DNA from: a virus
Lineage: Duplodnaviria; Heunggongvirae; Uroviricota; Caudoviricetes
Reading direction: 5' to 3' (one strand)
DNA: 19,480 nucleotides
IMG/VR virus record: IMGVR_UViG_2648501130_000004
Under the pieces are notes generated by a model, which saw only the letters and a list, made by a program, of their open reading frames with translations, made no database searches and had not been told where the DNA came from. This document shows, piece by piece, positions 1 through 7,935 of the stretch. The position numbers and the translations under genes were made by a program. The first letter of the stretch is position 1. Each line of letters opens with the position of its first letter.

Positions 1-1224
1 ATGGCGTTGTCTGATGCGTGGTTGCGTTCAGTCGTTGGAAAGGAACGTGATAAGGTTTTGGTTAAATCCGATCGTGATGGTCTGTCTGTCAGAGTATCAC
101 CGAAAGGTCGCGTAGTGTTCCAATATCGTTATCAATGGGCAGGGAAAGGTGAGCGTCTTGATATCGGAACTTACCCGGCAACTGGATTAAAAGAGGCCAG
201 AGAAGAAGTTATCCGTCTCCGTGGTGAACTTGAGTCAAACCGTAATCCACGATTGGTCAAGCAGGCTGAAAAACGAAAAGCTACTGAAGCCATGACGGTA
301 GAGTCTGTGATCCGTGCCTGGTATGAAGCATATTGTGTAAAAAATAAAAAAGGTTCTGAACAGATACTCCGCTCGTTTGAGCTGCACCTGTTCTCTAAAA
401 TCGGGAATATCCCTCACGATGCAGCTACATTGCATGATTGGTTAGAAGTCCTGGAGCCTCTTAGCACTAAGACTCCAGCAATAGCAGACCGATTGCTAAT
501 TAACGCAAAGCAGGCCCATGTCTGGGCGTATAAGAGAAAGCTCATTGAAACTCGCCCGCTGTCGGATATCACGGGTAAAGATATGGATATCCGTAAAGGT
601 CAGAAGAAACGGTTTCTGACACATGATGAAATTAAAATCCTTTATGCTGCGATCGATGGTTCTCGAATGGTTCCTAAATACCGGGCCTTCATTAAGCTAT
701 TGCTGCATTTTGGCTGCCGTAGTTCAGAGCTAATTACTGCCAGGGTGGGCGATTTTGATTTCATTAATAAGGTATGGACTGTACCACCAGAACGACATAA
801 GACTGGAGAGATAACAGGCGAACCGCTAAAGAGGCCCATTATTGAACCGGTGGAGGAGCTTATAAAGAACGCTATCTCTATGAACAATGGTTCCGATATG
901 CTTTTTACTAAGGAAGGAAGCAGGGAACCCGTTGGTCGAACATCATTGCAGTCGCTGCCTTACAATTTAATGCAGTACGCATGGAGGCGTTTGGGGCATC
1001 AATTCCCTCATTGGTCTCTTCATGATTTGAGGCGAACAGCACGAACAAACTTTTCTGATCTTACTGCTCCTCATATTGCAGAAATAATGCTCGGCCATAA
1101 ACTGCCAGGGGTTTGGCAGGTTTATGACAAGAGCGATTATCTAGAAGAACAGCGTAAAGCATATCAGGCATGGTGGGAGAGAGTTGAATCGATCGTTACT
1201 TGTACTGGCCCAGAATCTACCTGA
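1..1224 (+). CDS. int: Tyrosine site-specific integrase, P4-like family with N-terminal arm-binding (DUF4102-like) domain
   Basis: 407-aa ORF; N-terminus LSDAWLRSV...LSVRVSPKGRVVFQYRY...GTYPATGLKEAREE typical of P4-type arm domain; C-terminal HDLRRTARTN...LGHKL...VYDKSDY catalytic-domain motifs. Confidence 0.9.
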   Translation: MALSDAWLRSVVGKERDKVLVKSDRDGLSVRVSPKGRVVFQYRYQWAGKGERLDIGTYPATGLKEAREEVIRLRGELESNRNPRLVKQAEKRKATEAMTVESVIRAWYEAYCVKNKKGSEQILRSFELHLFSKIGNIPHDAATLHDWLEVLEPLSTKTPAIADRLLINAKQAHVWAYKRKLIETRPLSDITGKDMDIRKGQKKRFLTHDEIKILYAAIDGSRMVPKYRAFIKLLLHFGCRSSELITARVGDFDFINKVWTVPPERHKTGEITGEPLKRPIIEPVEELIKNAISMNNGSDMLFTKEGSREPVGRTSLQSLPYNLMQYAWRRLGHQFPHWSLHDLRRTARTNFSDLTAPHIAEIMLGHKLPGVWQVYDKSDYLEEQRKAYQAWWERVESIVTCTGPEST

Positions 1225-1480
1225 CAGCTTGCGTAGCCCTGACAGTCTGTTTTGAGCGAACAGTGGACATTTTCAATGGCATTCTTGAGTAGGTTACGCT
1301 TAGACCAGAAGTAAGAGGTGATAGAATTATCAACAATACATAAAACATAGGGGATCCTTATTGATTTATTGATCTTGACCAACTTATGTGATGCAGTATG
1401 TCTTTAACTTGTATTACTATTATCTTTATCTTTATCTTGTTGTTTCTAATAAACTTATCTTATTTCAGAAAGGAGTTTTT

Positions 1481-3181
1481 ATGCATTTAGTCACGAAATC
1501 TTATTTCGATGCCTTTTGCAAAGCATTCGCTGCGCCCTATGAGGAGACCAAAAATTTTGAGGCGTTTGTGAACTATTGTGCTTTTTCAAAATACTCAGGC
1601 GACAAAGTTGAGGTCAGTGATCTTGTGTATGAAGGCCCGGACCCTGGTATTGATGGAGCATTTTTATTTTTAGACGACAGAGCCATTTTTTCAACTGAAG
1701 AACTTCAGGAGATTTTCCAAAACTCACGTCGCGAGTTTCAAGTTTCATTAGTATTCACGCAAGCTAAGTCATCGGAGAAGTGGAGCAAACAGGAAATAGA
1801 CTCTTACATTGCGTCAATAAGAGATTATCTTTCACCAGCGCCACAACAACCCCACAGTGAATATCTAGCGGACTTTAAAAAAATGTTCAACTTGATATTT
1901 GCTAATATCGGCAGAGTCAAAAATGGCCTTCCAGACTTATACGCATATTTTTTTAGTGCTGCACAAAATACAGAGGCCAGAGAAATAAAAGCTGCATTTG
2001 CATCGGGTGAAAAAAGCTTAAAGTCACTCGGGTTTTCACATGAAACATCCTTCATTATGGCTCACAAAGACATGATTCATGAGCTTTGGCTTGCTGCGGA
2101 AGGTCCAATAGAAGCTAAACTTCCTACAATAGGCTATGCTCCATTCCCAGCGGCCCCTAATATTAATAATGCCTATGTAGCTACAGTCAAAGCTCGTAGT
2201 TTTATTGATTCTATACTTAAAGACAAAAATGGAAACCCTCGAAAAAAATTATTCGAAGAAAATGTTAGAGATTTTCTGGGAATTGATGGTGACGTAAATT
2301 CAGAAATTGCAGGAACACTAGATACTGATGGAAAAAAAGCAAGATTTGGTTTAATGAATAATGGAGTGACAATAGTTGCATCAAGCGTGAGGCCTGCAGG
2401 GCAAGAAATTTTTATACGAGATTTTCAAATTGTTAATGGATGTCAAACGTCTAATGTTCTTATATCAAAAGACATTCAAGTAGATGAATCAGTTAGTTTA
2501 ATGATTAAATTAATTGAAACCGATGAGCCAGCGATCCTTGATGACATTGTACGAGCTACGAATAGACAATCTAAAGTTGAAGATGCACAGTTCATTTCAA
2601 CGCTAAAAAAATTAAGGGAATTAGAACATTATTTTAATGCTAAAGGTGCTATTGAAGGAAATAAAATTTATTTTGAGAGAAGAAAGGGGCAGTATAGTTC
2701 AGAAAGTATAGCTCCAGTACGCATATTTGATATCAGAGAAGTTGCGCGAGCATATGCTGCTATTGTTATGATGAGACCAGATTATTCCAGTCGTTATCCA
2801 AATAGGTTAACTGGTGACTTACTTAATGAGGTTTTCTCTTCCGATGCCCTCGAGGATGATTATTATATATCTTGCTATTGCTTGTATAGGCTAAAGGCTC
2901 TTATCTCAAATAAGAGGTTTGATGGGAAGTATTCAAAATTACGCTGGCATATTCTAACTGCTGCGTCAAAATACTGTGGTAATAATTATAAGGCTTGGGG
3001 GTTCAAAAATAAAAATGAAGCTCTTCATAACTTATTCTCAATGAATGATGGGGAGTGGTTTGAAAAACTTGAGAGTTTAGTAAAAATAGCTATACCAGAT
3101 CCGGATATTTCTCGAGACTTACTAAAGTCGCAGCCTTTAACATCAACGATTCTCAAAAGTGTTGATAGCGTACCTAAATAA
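1481..3181 (+). CDS. Large AT-rich accessory protein, candidate abortive-infection/defence protein (AIPR-like, tentative)
   Basis: ORF track gives 1388..3181; the likely start is ATG 1481 preceded by AAAGGAG. GC about 28-38 percent in sampled lines versus 50-60 percent in the backbone. Central FQIVNGCQTSNV motif that I associate with the AIPR family. No Walker A motif seen. Confidence 0.6.
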   Translation: MHLVTKSYFDAFCKAFAAPYEETKNFEAFVNYCAFSKYSGDKVEVSDLVYEGPDPGIDGAFLFLDDRAIFSTEELQEIFQNSRREFQVSLVFTQAKSSEKWSKQEIDSYIASIRDYLSPAPQQPHSEYLADFKKMFNLIFANIGRVKNGLPDLYAYFFSAAQNTEAREIKAAFASGEKSLKSLGFSHETSFIMAHKDMIHELWLAAEGPIEAKLPTIGYAPFPAAPNINNAYVATVKARSFIDSILKDKNGNPRKKLFEENVRDFLGIDGDVNSEIAGTLDTDGKKARFGLMNNGVTIVASSVRPAGQEIFIRDFQIVNGCQTSNVLISKDIQVDESVSLMIKLIETDEPAILDDIVRATNRQSKVEDAQFISTLKKLRELEHYFNAKGAIEGNKIYFERRKGQYSSESIAPVRIFDIREVARAYAAIVMMRPDYSSRYPNRLTGDLLNEVFSSDALEDDYYISCYCLYRLKALISNKRFDGKYSKLRWHILTAASKYCGNNYKAWGFKNKNEALHNLFSMNDGEWFEKLESLVKIAIPDPDISRDLLKSQPLTSTILKSVDSVPK

Positions 3182-3187
3182 AGAGAA

Positions 3188-3206
3188 GGGAAGCTTATTG
3201 CTTCCC
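3188..3206. terminator. Stem-loop (GGGAAGC-ttatt-GCTTCCC) after the AT-rich gene; T-rich only on the minus-strand side
   Basis: Perfect 7-bp inverted repeat with 5-nt loop directly after stop codon 3179-3181; on the minus strand it is followed by TTCTCTTTATTT. Confidence 0.4.
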
Positions 3207-3419
3207 AATAAATTAACACACTTATAGAACCCTTGACTTAAACTTTTTACTGGTTCTCTCAGATATCGATAATTTTATAGGTTGTATCATAGCGTGATCG
3301 TCTTCAAGAGAAACAACTTAACATTAAATTAGCAACGTTTGCTCTTGGCACAGACTTGACTGTCAGATTAGTTTGGTCTGTGCCATAGATATGTCAGCTC
3401 CCATCTGAGATAATACACG

Positions 3420-3614
3420 TTACTCAATAACTCCAGCAAATCTGTATATCTTGCGTGATGCCCATTTATTTGGGCAGGATTTAATATCAGGATCTGGAAA
3501 GTCAGGCCTGTATTTCTGGCCAGTTCTCCTGTTTACGCTGTTCCAGCGAAGAACAGTCGATACTGAAACGCCACAGAAGTCGGCGACTTGTTTAGTTGTC
3601 ATTAAGTTGTTCAT
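3420..3614 (-). CDS. xis: Excisionase / AlpA-like small HTH DNA-binding protein
   Basis: 64-aa ORF; N-terminus MNNLMTTKQVADFCGVSVSTVLRWN resembles excisionase/AlpA HTH; start ATG overlaps the upstream stop (TAATG) with GGAGGTG RBS. Confidence 0.55.
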   Translation of the reverse strand: MNNLMTTKQVADFCGVSVSTVLRWNSVNRRTGQKYRPDFPDPDIKSCPNKWASRKIYRFAGVIE

Positions 3615-4234
3615 TACTTCACCTCCTGCGGCGGCTCCGGTAGCGGCATCCAGTGGGTTACTTTCGATGCCGGTTCTTCCCTATCGTCAGTAACTGCCCA
3701 CCATTTGTTTCTCGACCAATCGTAATACCCTTCGAAGGTATCGCACTCAGTCCAGCCGTAAGGCTTCCCCCAACACCAAACATACTGTTTATCGTTCGGC
3801 ATTCGCTCACTACAGCTTATCCAACCATCCGGAGTTACTGGAGAGTTGCCCGACAGCTTGTTCAACTTGTAAGTCTGGCTTACAGGTTCGGCACCATGAA
3901 GCATGGCGGCGCGGCAGGCGTTCCAGCCTTCATCAAAACCGACTATGCCATTATTTAAAGACGGACGAGCATCTGGCACCACCGGCACTGGCTTGGCTAT
4001 ATATAGCGGCTGAACATACCAGCCCTTTGATAACCAACTGTCAGCAATGTTTTTACTCCTCGTTATTGCCGGAATACCTAAGCCATTTTCTGAATGCAGC
4101 CATGCCACCGGCTCCTCTTCTAGCGATGCCAGAGCAATTTCATAAGCACGGCGCTCAATATCGTCTCGAACCTCTAGGCTGCTGATTCGTTCTTTGATTT
4201 CTTTAATCAGTTCTTTATCGGTAAATGTGGTCAT
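3614..4234 (-). CDS. Phage protein with C-terminal DUF551-like domain
   Basis: 206-aa ORF; C-terminus WWAVTDDREEPASKVTHWMPLPEPP matches the DUF551 signature as I remember it; TAATG coupling to the upstream gene, GGAGG RBS. Confidence 0.7.
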   Translation of the reverse strand: MTTFTDKELIKEIKERISSLEVRDDIERRAYEIALASLEEEPVAWLHSENGLGIPAITRSKNIADSWLSKGWYVQPLYIAKPVPVVPDARPSLNNGIVGFDEGWNACRAAMLHGAEPVSQTYKLNKLSGNSPVTPDGWISCSERMPNDKQYVWCWGKPYGWTECDTFEGYYDWSRNKWWAVTDDREEPASKVTHWMPLPEPPQEVK

Positions 4235-4596
4235 TATGCTCCAGCCTCCGGTGCTTTTGGCATTACTGCCCAGTGAGTGATATTGACGTTTTCAAGGTCC
4301 CCGACCTGAAATGTCCACTGCCATTCTCCGGTTTCTTTTTGCCCCCATGTATACCAGAGAGAACGCCAGCCAATCAGCCAGCCTTCTCCATTAGCATCAA
4401 ATAACAAAACACTTTCATTTGCTGGTGGCAGTTCAGTTGACACTGGTATTACTTTGTTTTCCTGTGCTGCACATTTAGCTTCAAGCGCATCGAATTTACG
4501 CACTAGGTATTCAGCATCCGTTTCATTCACTTTCAGATCTCGCGGTACACATCTCCCACGAAGAAACCCTTCCATTTCGAAAACATTCATGCGCAT
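4234..4596 (-). CDS. Small phage protein with DUF551-like C-terminus (YfdS-like size)
   Basis: 120-aa ORF ending ...ENVNITHWAVMPKAPE; alternative start 4590 (ATGA overlap with upstream stop). Confidence 0.65.
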   Translation of the reverse strand: MRMNVFEMEGFLRGRCVPRDLKVNETDAEYLVRKFDALEAKCAAQENKVIPVSTELPPANESVLLFDANGEGWLIGWRSLWYTWGQKETGEWQWTFQVGDLENVNITHWAVMPKAPEAGA

Positions 4597-5123
4597 TTGC
4601 GTAACTCCGATAATTCGTTAAAGCGTTCCATAAACATCCCGTAGGCATGGCCTGGAGCCAGTGGAATCACGTTGAACATCTCTGTTGCCGGGATACCTTC
4701 CAGCACAGGCCAGAAAGAGCCATCATCAAGCCCGAGATCGCGGCGTTCGGTTGCCAGCATAATGAGATCGGCATATTTCACTGGCGTGCTCATAACAGGA
4801 GGTAACCCGTATTTCTCACGGATTACGGCGTCTATTTTTTCTTCCATCCGTTTATAGTCAGGAAGAAGTCGTTTCAGTGGTGCGGGGATGTCCTGGCAAT
4901 ATGCTTCTGTTGCATCATGCATTAAAGCTTCAAAAGCAAATTCCTGCGGCACCAGCTGGCTGCAAAGCACCGCATGTTGGGCGACGCTGTAGAAGTGAGA
5001 AAGATGACCGGCAAAGCGGCAGATATTTGAAAGGGAAACCGCGATATCGTTAATAACGATGTCGTCTTTATTTATCTTGTCATAATAAAAATGCTTCCCG
5101 GAAAAAGTTTTAATAAATGACAT
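4587..5123 (-). CDS. HD-domain phosphohydrolase (YfdR/YfbR-like putative 5'-deoxynucleotidase)
   Basis: H...HD metal-binding motif (SVAQHAVLCSQL ... ALMHDATEAY); start taken at internal ATG 5123 with GGAGAA RBS, giving 178 aa; the ORF track's longer 199-aa start lacks an RBS. Confidence 0.75.
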   Translation of the reverse strand: MSFIKTFSGKHFYYDKINKDDIVINDIAVSLSNICRFAGHLSHFYSVAQHAVLCSQLVPQEFAFEALMHDATEAYCQDIPAPLKRLLPDYKRMEEKIDAVIREKYGLPPVMSTPVKYADLIMLATERRDLGLDDGSFWPVLEGIPATEMFNVIPLAPGHAYGMFMERFNELSELRKCA

Positions 5124-5217
5124 TTTGTTCTCCACTTTATATGCGCTGCACCGCGCTGAATTTTGGTTAAAGAAAACCCTCGCCATCAGGCGATTATTGA
5201 GTTAATTACGTTTCCAT

Positions 5218-5239
5218 AAATGCCCCCGCAGGGGCATTT
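5218..5239. other. Perfect 9-bp stem-loop (AAATGCCCC-cgca-GGGGCATTT) between the YfdQ-like and HD genes
   Basis: Seen directly in sequence, 13 nt downstream of the YfdQ-like stop; no U-tract follows. Confidence 0.4.
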
Positions 5240-5251
5240 GCAGTAATGAAA

Positions 5252-6076
5252 TCAGGCGGTGAAAGTACCAATAAAGGTTTCTACTTTGCTGTCTTTGAAT
5301 TTTTCAACAAGCAGATCACGAAATTCGTTAGCCATTTCTTCCTGCACTGCTTCCAGCTGAATAATGCGCAGAACCAGTACAGGGCGATCACCAGTGATAA
5401 TGCTGAGGCGTAATTTAAACGGACGTTCTTTCAGGCCTTCAAACGGAACGCATTTAAACTCAAATGCTACTGGCATAATGTCTTTGGTTTTCGCTTCGAC
5501 AGACTCCATCAGAGAGCGTTTGCCGCTGAAGTCATTGTCTTCAAAATCAGCGGTCTGGTTTGCTTCAATCGTGATTTTACGGACCGCCGCAGCCGCTTTT
5601 GTTGCCTGAATGGCGTCACCATTAGCATCAAAGCCCACAAGGTAGTCGGCCCAGTCTTCAATCCATTCTGCCAGTGACTTCTGGGAGTTACGCTCGCCGT
5701 TAACAGACAACAGGGCAGAGAACGGTGCTGTCTTTTTCAGTTTGAGAGTGGCGGTGTTATCTGCGTGACCTGGTTCATCAATAGTACCCAGGTTAAGCAC
5801 ACTGACGGCTCGCATATTATCAGCATCGATAAAGCAGCGGGTGCCTTCATCTGCAAGATCTTTAGAATAACGGGTAAAGTCATCGATGCTGGCAGTGGAA
5901 AGCGCACCACGGAAACGGAAGCGATTTAAATTAAATTTTTCCAGATCATGAATGCGGAAATTCTCAGGCAATGCCACAGCATCGGCACCAATCTTACTGA
6001 TAATTTCATTAACACCCTGAGCAGAAATAAGGGCATGGATTTGATTAATTGCGGTTGTGTCTAAGTTCTGAGACAT
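5252..6076 (-). CDS. YfdQ-like phage protein (DUF2303 family, function unknown)
   Basis: 274-aa ORF; resembles in length and sequence the CPS-53 YfdQ family as I recall it; GAGGA RBS 7 nt upstream of the ATG. Confidence 0.75.
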   Translation of the reverse strand: MSQNLDTTAINQIHALISAQGVNEIISKIGADAVALPENFRIHDLEKFNLNRFRFRGALSTASIDDFTRYSKDLADEGTRCFIDADNMRAVSVLNLGTIDEPGHADNTATLKLKKTAPFSALLSVNGERNSQKSLAEWIEDWADYLVGFDANGDAIQATKAAAAVRKITIEANQTADFEDNDFSGKRSLMESVEAKTKDIMPVAFEFKCVPFEGLKERPFKLRLSIITGDRPVLVLRIIQLEAVQEEMANEFRDLLVEKFKDSKVETFIGTFTA

Positions 6077-6141
6077 AATAAGTCCTCACTATATAAAGAT
6101 ATTCAGTGATGAGATAAATAATCAGTTTATTAAAAACGATA

Positions 6142-6504
6142 TTAACGACCTGCTGCGCGGAGTTTTCCGTCAGGTTCACCGGCAAGAGTCAGTAATTGTC
6201 CCTGGTCTTCCTGCAGAATAGTCAGGCGACCACCGCGATTGACATACATCGGCGTTTCGGTGGTGTCTTCTTCGGAAATTTTCCCGCGGTTAGTCGGGCG
6301 AACATATGAGAGTTTGTGTTTGATTTTTACACGGTTCTCATCAAACGGTTCGATTTCCAGGTTGAGCGAGACCTTACCTTTGGTTTTCGTGTTCATCACA
6401 CCGGAAGCGACTTCACTGAGAACAGCGCCGATTTTGGTTTCAAATACGCCGCCGTCCAGCTCCCCGATAAATGCCTGCACATCAGTACTGCGTTCGCTAG
6501 CCAT
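6142..6504 (-). CDS. YfdP-like small phage protein (function unknown)
   Basis: ORF track extends to 6735, but the credible start is ATG 6504 (MASERSTDVQ...) preceded by GAGGAG, giving 120 aa; the upstream extension is GC-rich leader with no RBS. Confidence 0.65.
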   Translation of the reverse strand: MASERSTDVQAFIGELDGGVFETKIGAVLSEVASGVMNTKTKGKVSLNLEIEPFDENRVKIKHKLSYVRPTNRGKISEEDTTETPMYVNRGGRLTILQEDQGQLLTLAGEPDGKLRAAGR

Positions 6505-6649
6505 TTTGCTGCTCCTCATCATATCGACCCTGCAAGGTCGGTTGGTTTCTCCACAAAACAGAGAAGAACACCTGCGGTGGCAGCCGCCCGGATGGATTGG
6601 GTTATGAGCCCGTCGTCCGGTGATGCCCTTCTCTGTTTTGTAAAAAGAG

Positions 6650-6698
6650 CGGTACCAGCCGGAAGCAAGTGTACAAACTGGTACCGCCAAAGCAGTGG
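6650..6698 (-). terminator. Intrinsic terminator inside the pL leader (tL-like)
   Basis: On the minus strand GCGGTACCAG-(19 nt loop)-CTGGTACCGC, a perfect 10-bp stem, followed by UCUUUUUA. Confidence 0.5.
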
Positions 6699-7104
6699 CT
6701 GTTGTGGTGGGGTTGTCACTCAGGCGTATGGTCAACCTGACAATCCGGTGTCCTCAACGGGGAAAGAGTAACCCCGCCATACTTACCGCCGCGCCATTTC
6801 GCGGATTACCACAACGCTGAGAGCACTTAGCCAGTTACGGCACCACACTTTGTCGCGGTTCCATAAATGCCCTCATCGTTGCACCCTGGTCTCTTCCCAG
6901 GCGTCAAACCGGATCGCCACGCTGGTTAGGCGTCTTATCAGCATCATCATTGACTTGCACATTCCGGCTACCTGGTTTGTTTGCCCGAGCAAGGAGTGGA
7001 TTGTCCCCTTTAACGTCCCCAGACCGCTAACGACGCATGTGCCATACGCCGTGTTACAACCAAATTTAGTTTAATCTTGCCTGTGTTATGTTTCTTTTAG
7101 ATAC

Positions 7105-7132
7105 ATTATGTATCTCAAGGGTACATTGTCAA
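7105..7132 (-). promoter_or_regulatory. pL-like early-left promoter (TTGACA - 16 bp - CATAAT) overlapped by a perfect palindromic operator AGATACA-tta-TGTATCT (7099..7115)
   Basis: Minus-strand -35 TTGACA at 7132..7127 and -10 CATAAT at 7110..7105; sits directly downstream of the cI terminator, as lambda pL/oL sits relative to cI. Confidence 0.5.
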
Positions 7133-7134
7133 GT

Positions 7135-7158
7135 ATAAAAAAACCTGCCGAAGCAGGT
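7135..7158 (-). terminator. Intrinsic terminator of the cI transcript
   Basis: Minus-strand hairpin ACCTGC-ttcg-GCAGGT followed by a run of about 8 U, 13 nt after the cI stop. Confidence 0.7.
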
Positions 7159-7170
7159 TATAAATATTGA

Positions 7171-7845
7171 TTAGGCCTTTATTTTGTATCTTCTTGGTTT
7201 TCCCGAGAAAATCACTGTACCAATTATAGAGCAATTACCGTTAATCTTAATGTAAGGCTCAGGCCAGTTTGGGTTTAATGCTTTGAGATAACGCTGTGTT
7301 CCATCTTCTATCAATCGCTTGAAGGTGGTTTCGCCTGTATCGTGCATCAATGCAATAACGTCGTCACCGTGGCAGGCAGGGACTTCGGGATCAACAAAAA
7401 TCATGTCTCCAGGGCGGTACTCATCAATCATTGAATCACCAATCACCCGCAAGATATAAGTCATTTCGCCACAGGGTACAGGGCAGGGGTAAGTTTCTGC
7501 TGTGCTCAAATCAACCTCAGAATAGCCAACTTCTTTCCATGCTCCGGCCTGTACCCATGATATGACAGGGACTAACGTTATTTGTTTGTTAGTGATTGAA
7601 ACATCAGGTTTTTTTGTGATGTTCGTGGTCTGGTGTTCTTGATCAAGCCATCCGACAGGCAGGTCGAAACATTTTTCGATGTGCCGCGCCATGCTGTCAC
7701 CGATATTTTTAGTAGCACCATCTCCCATAAACCTGCTGGTCTGGGTTGGCTCGCGATCAATCATGGTGGCAAAGGAAGAATTCCCGCCAACACCATCTCT
7801 CAGTTTTCTGGCGTTAGACCGCCGGATGTCATGGATTGTTTTCAT
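7171..7845 (-). CDS. CI-like prophage repressor (N-terminal HTH, C-terminal S24 LexA-type autopeptidase domain)
   Basis: 224-aa ORF; C-terminal LRVIGDSMIDEYRPGDMIFVDPE... is characteristic of S24 peptidase repressors; divergent from cro. Confidence 0.88.
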   Translation of the reverse strand: MKTIHDIRRSNARKLRDGVGGNSSFATMIDREPTQTSRFMGDGATKNIGDSMARHIEKCFDLPVGWLDQEHQTTNITKKPDVSITNKQITLVPVISWVQAGAWKEVGYSEVDLSTAETYPCPVPCGEMTYILRVIGDSMIDEYRPGDMIFVDPEVPACHGDDVIALMHDTGETTFKRLIEDGTQRYLKALNPNWPEPYIKINGNCSIIGTVIFSGKPRRYKIKA

Positions 7846-7935
7846 AACGAAATTAAAACCTTTGTACCGATAAGGTACAAGTATCTTGAAGGTTCATTTC
7901 AATCATGTAATATGTATATCGGAGGTACATATTGT
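7846..7935. promoter_or_regulatory. Immunity-region operator/promoter (OR-like): inverted repeat TTGTACC-gataa-GGTACAA (7862..7880) plus candidate PR (TTGAAG 7886..7891, 16 bp, TAATAT 7908..7913)
   Basis: 90-bp divergent intergenic region between the cI and cro starts; palindrome and promoter hexamers read directly from the sequence. Confidence 0.5.

Noticed and set aside
1236-1262. Possible LexA/SOS box (CTGT...ACAG) and CCTGACAG direct repeat just after the integrase stop
   Set aside because: The CTGT and ACAG halves are separated by 9 nt, not the canonical 8, and the flanks do not match the consensus; the direct repeat is only 8 bp. It cannot be an att core because the window begins at the int start and att must lie upstream.
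1345-1360. GGATCC (BamHI) site in the int-cargo intergenic region as a sign of engineering
   Set aside because: A single 6-bp restriction site is expected by chance many times in 19 kb; there is no vector-like sequence around it.
235-1382. Minus-strand ORFs 235..435, 642..887 and 1164..1382 antisense to or adjacent to the integrase gene
   Set aside because: They lie fully inside the well-supported integrase frame or in its 3' flank, have no RBS and low-complexity translations; treated as shadow ORFs.
1388-1480. N-terminal extension of the AT-rich ORF (MMQYVFNLYYYYLYLYLVVSNK...) starting at GTG 1388
   Set aside because: It is translated from an AT-rich repeat tract (TATCTTTATCTTTATCTTG) with no RBS; the ATG at 1481 has a good AAAGGAG RBS, so this stretch is more likely promoter and 5' UTR.
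6505-6771. Upstream extension of the YfdP-like ORF to 6735, plus overlapping ORFs 6239..6607, 6316..6771 and 6519..6719
   Set aside because: The extension has Cys/Arg/Pro-rich composition typical of GC-rich non-coding sequence read in frame, while the internal ATG 6504 has a GAGGAG RBS and gives the expected 120-aa protein; the others are mutually overlapping alternative frames over the same leader.
6850-7074. Plus-strand 74-aa ORF inside the pL leader
   Set aside because: It is antisense to the direction of early-left transcription, has no RBS and no recognisable domain; more likely a chance ORF in the structured leader.
7633-7935. 5' part of track ORF 7633..8136 and ORFs 7578..7760 and 7679..7873
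   Set aside because: They overlap the cI coding region and operator DNA; only the 66-aa cro reading frame from ATG 7936 with a GGAGG RBS is credible.
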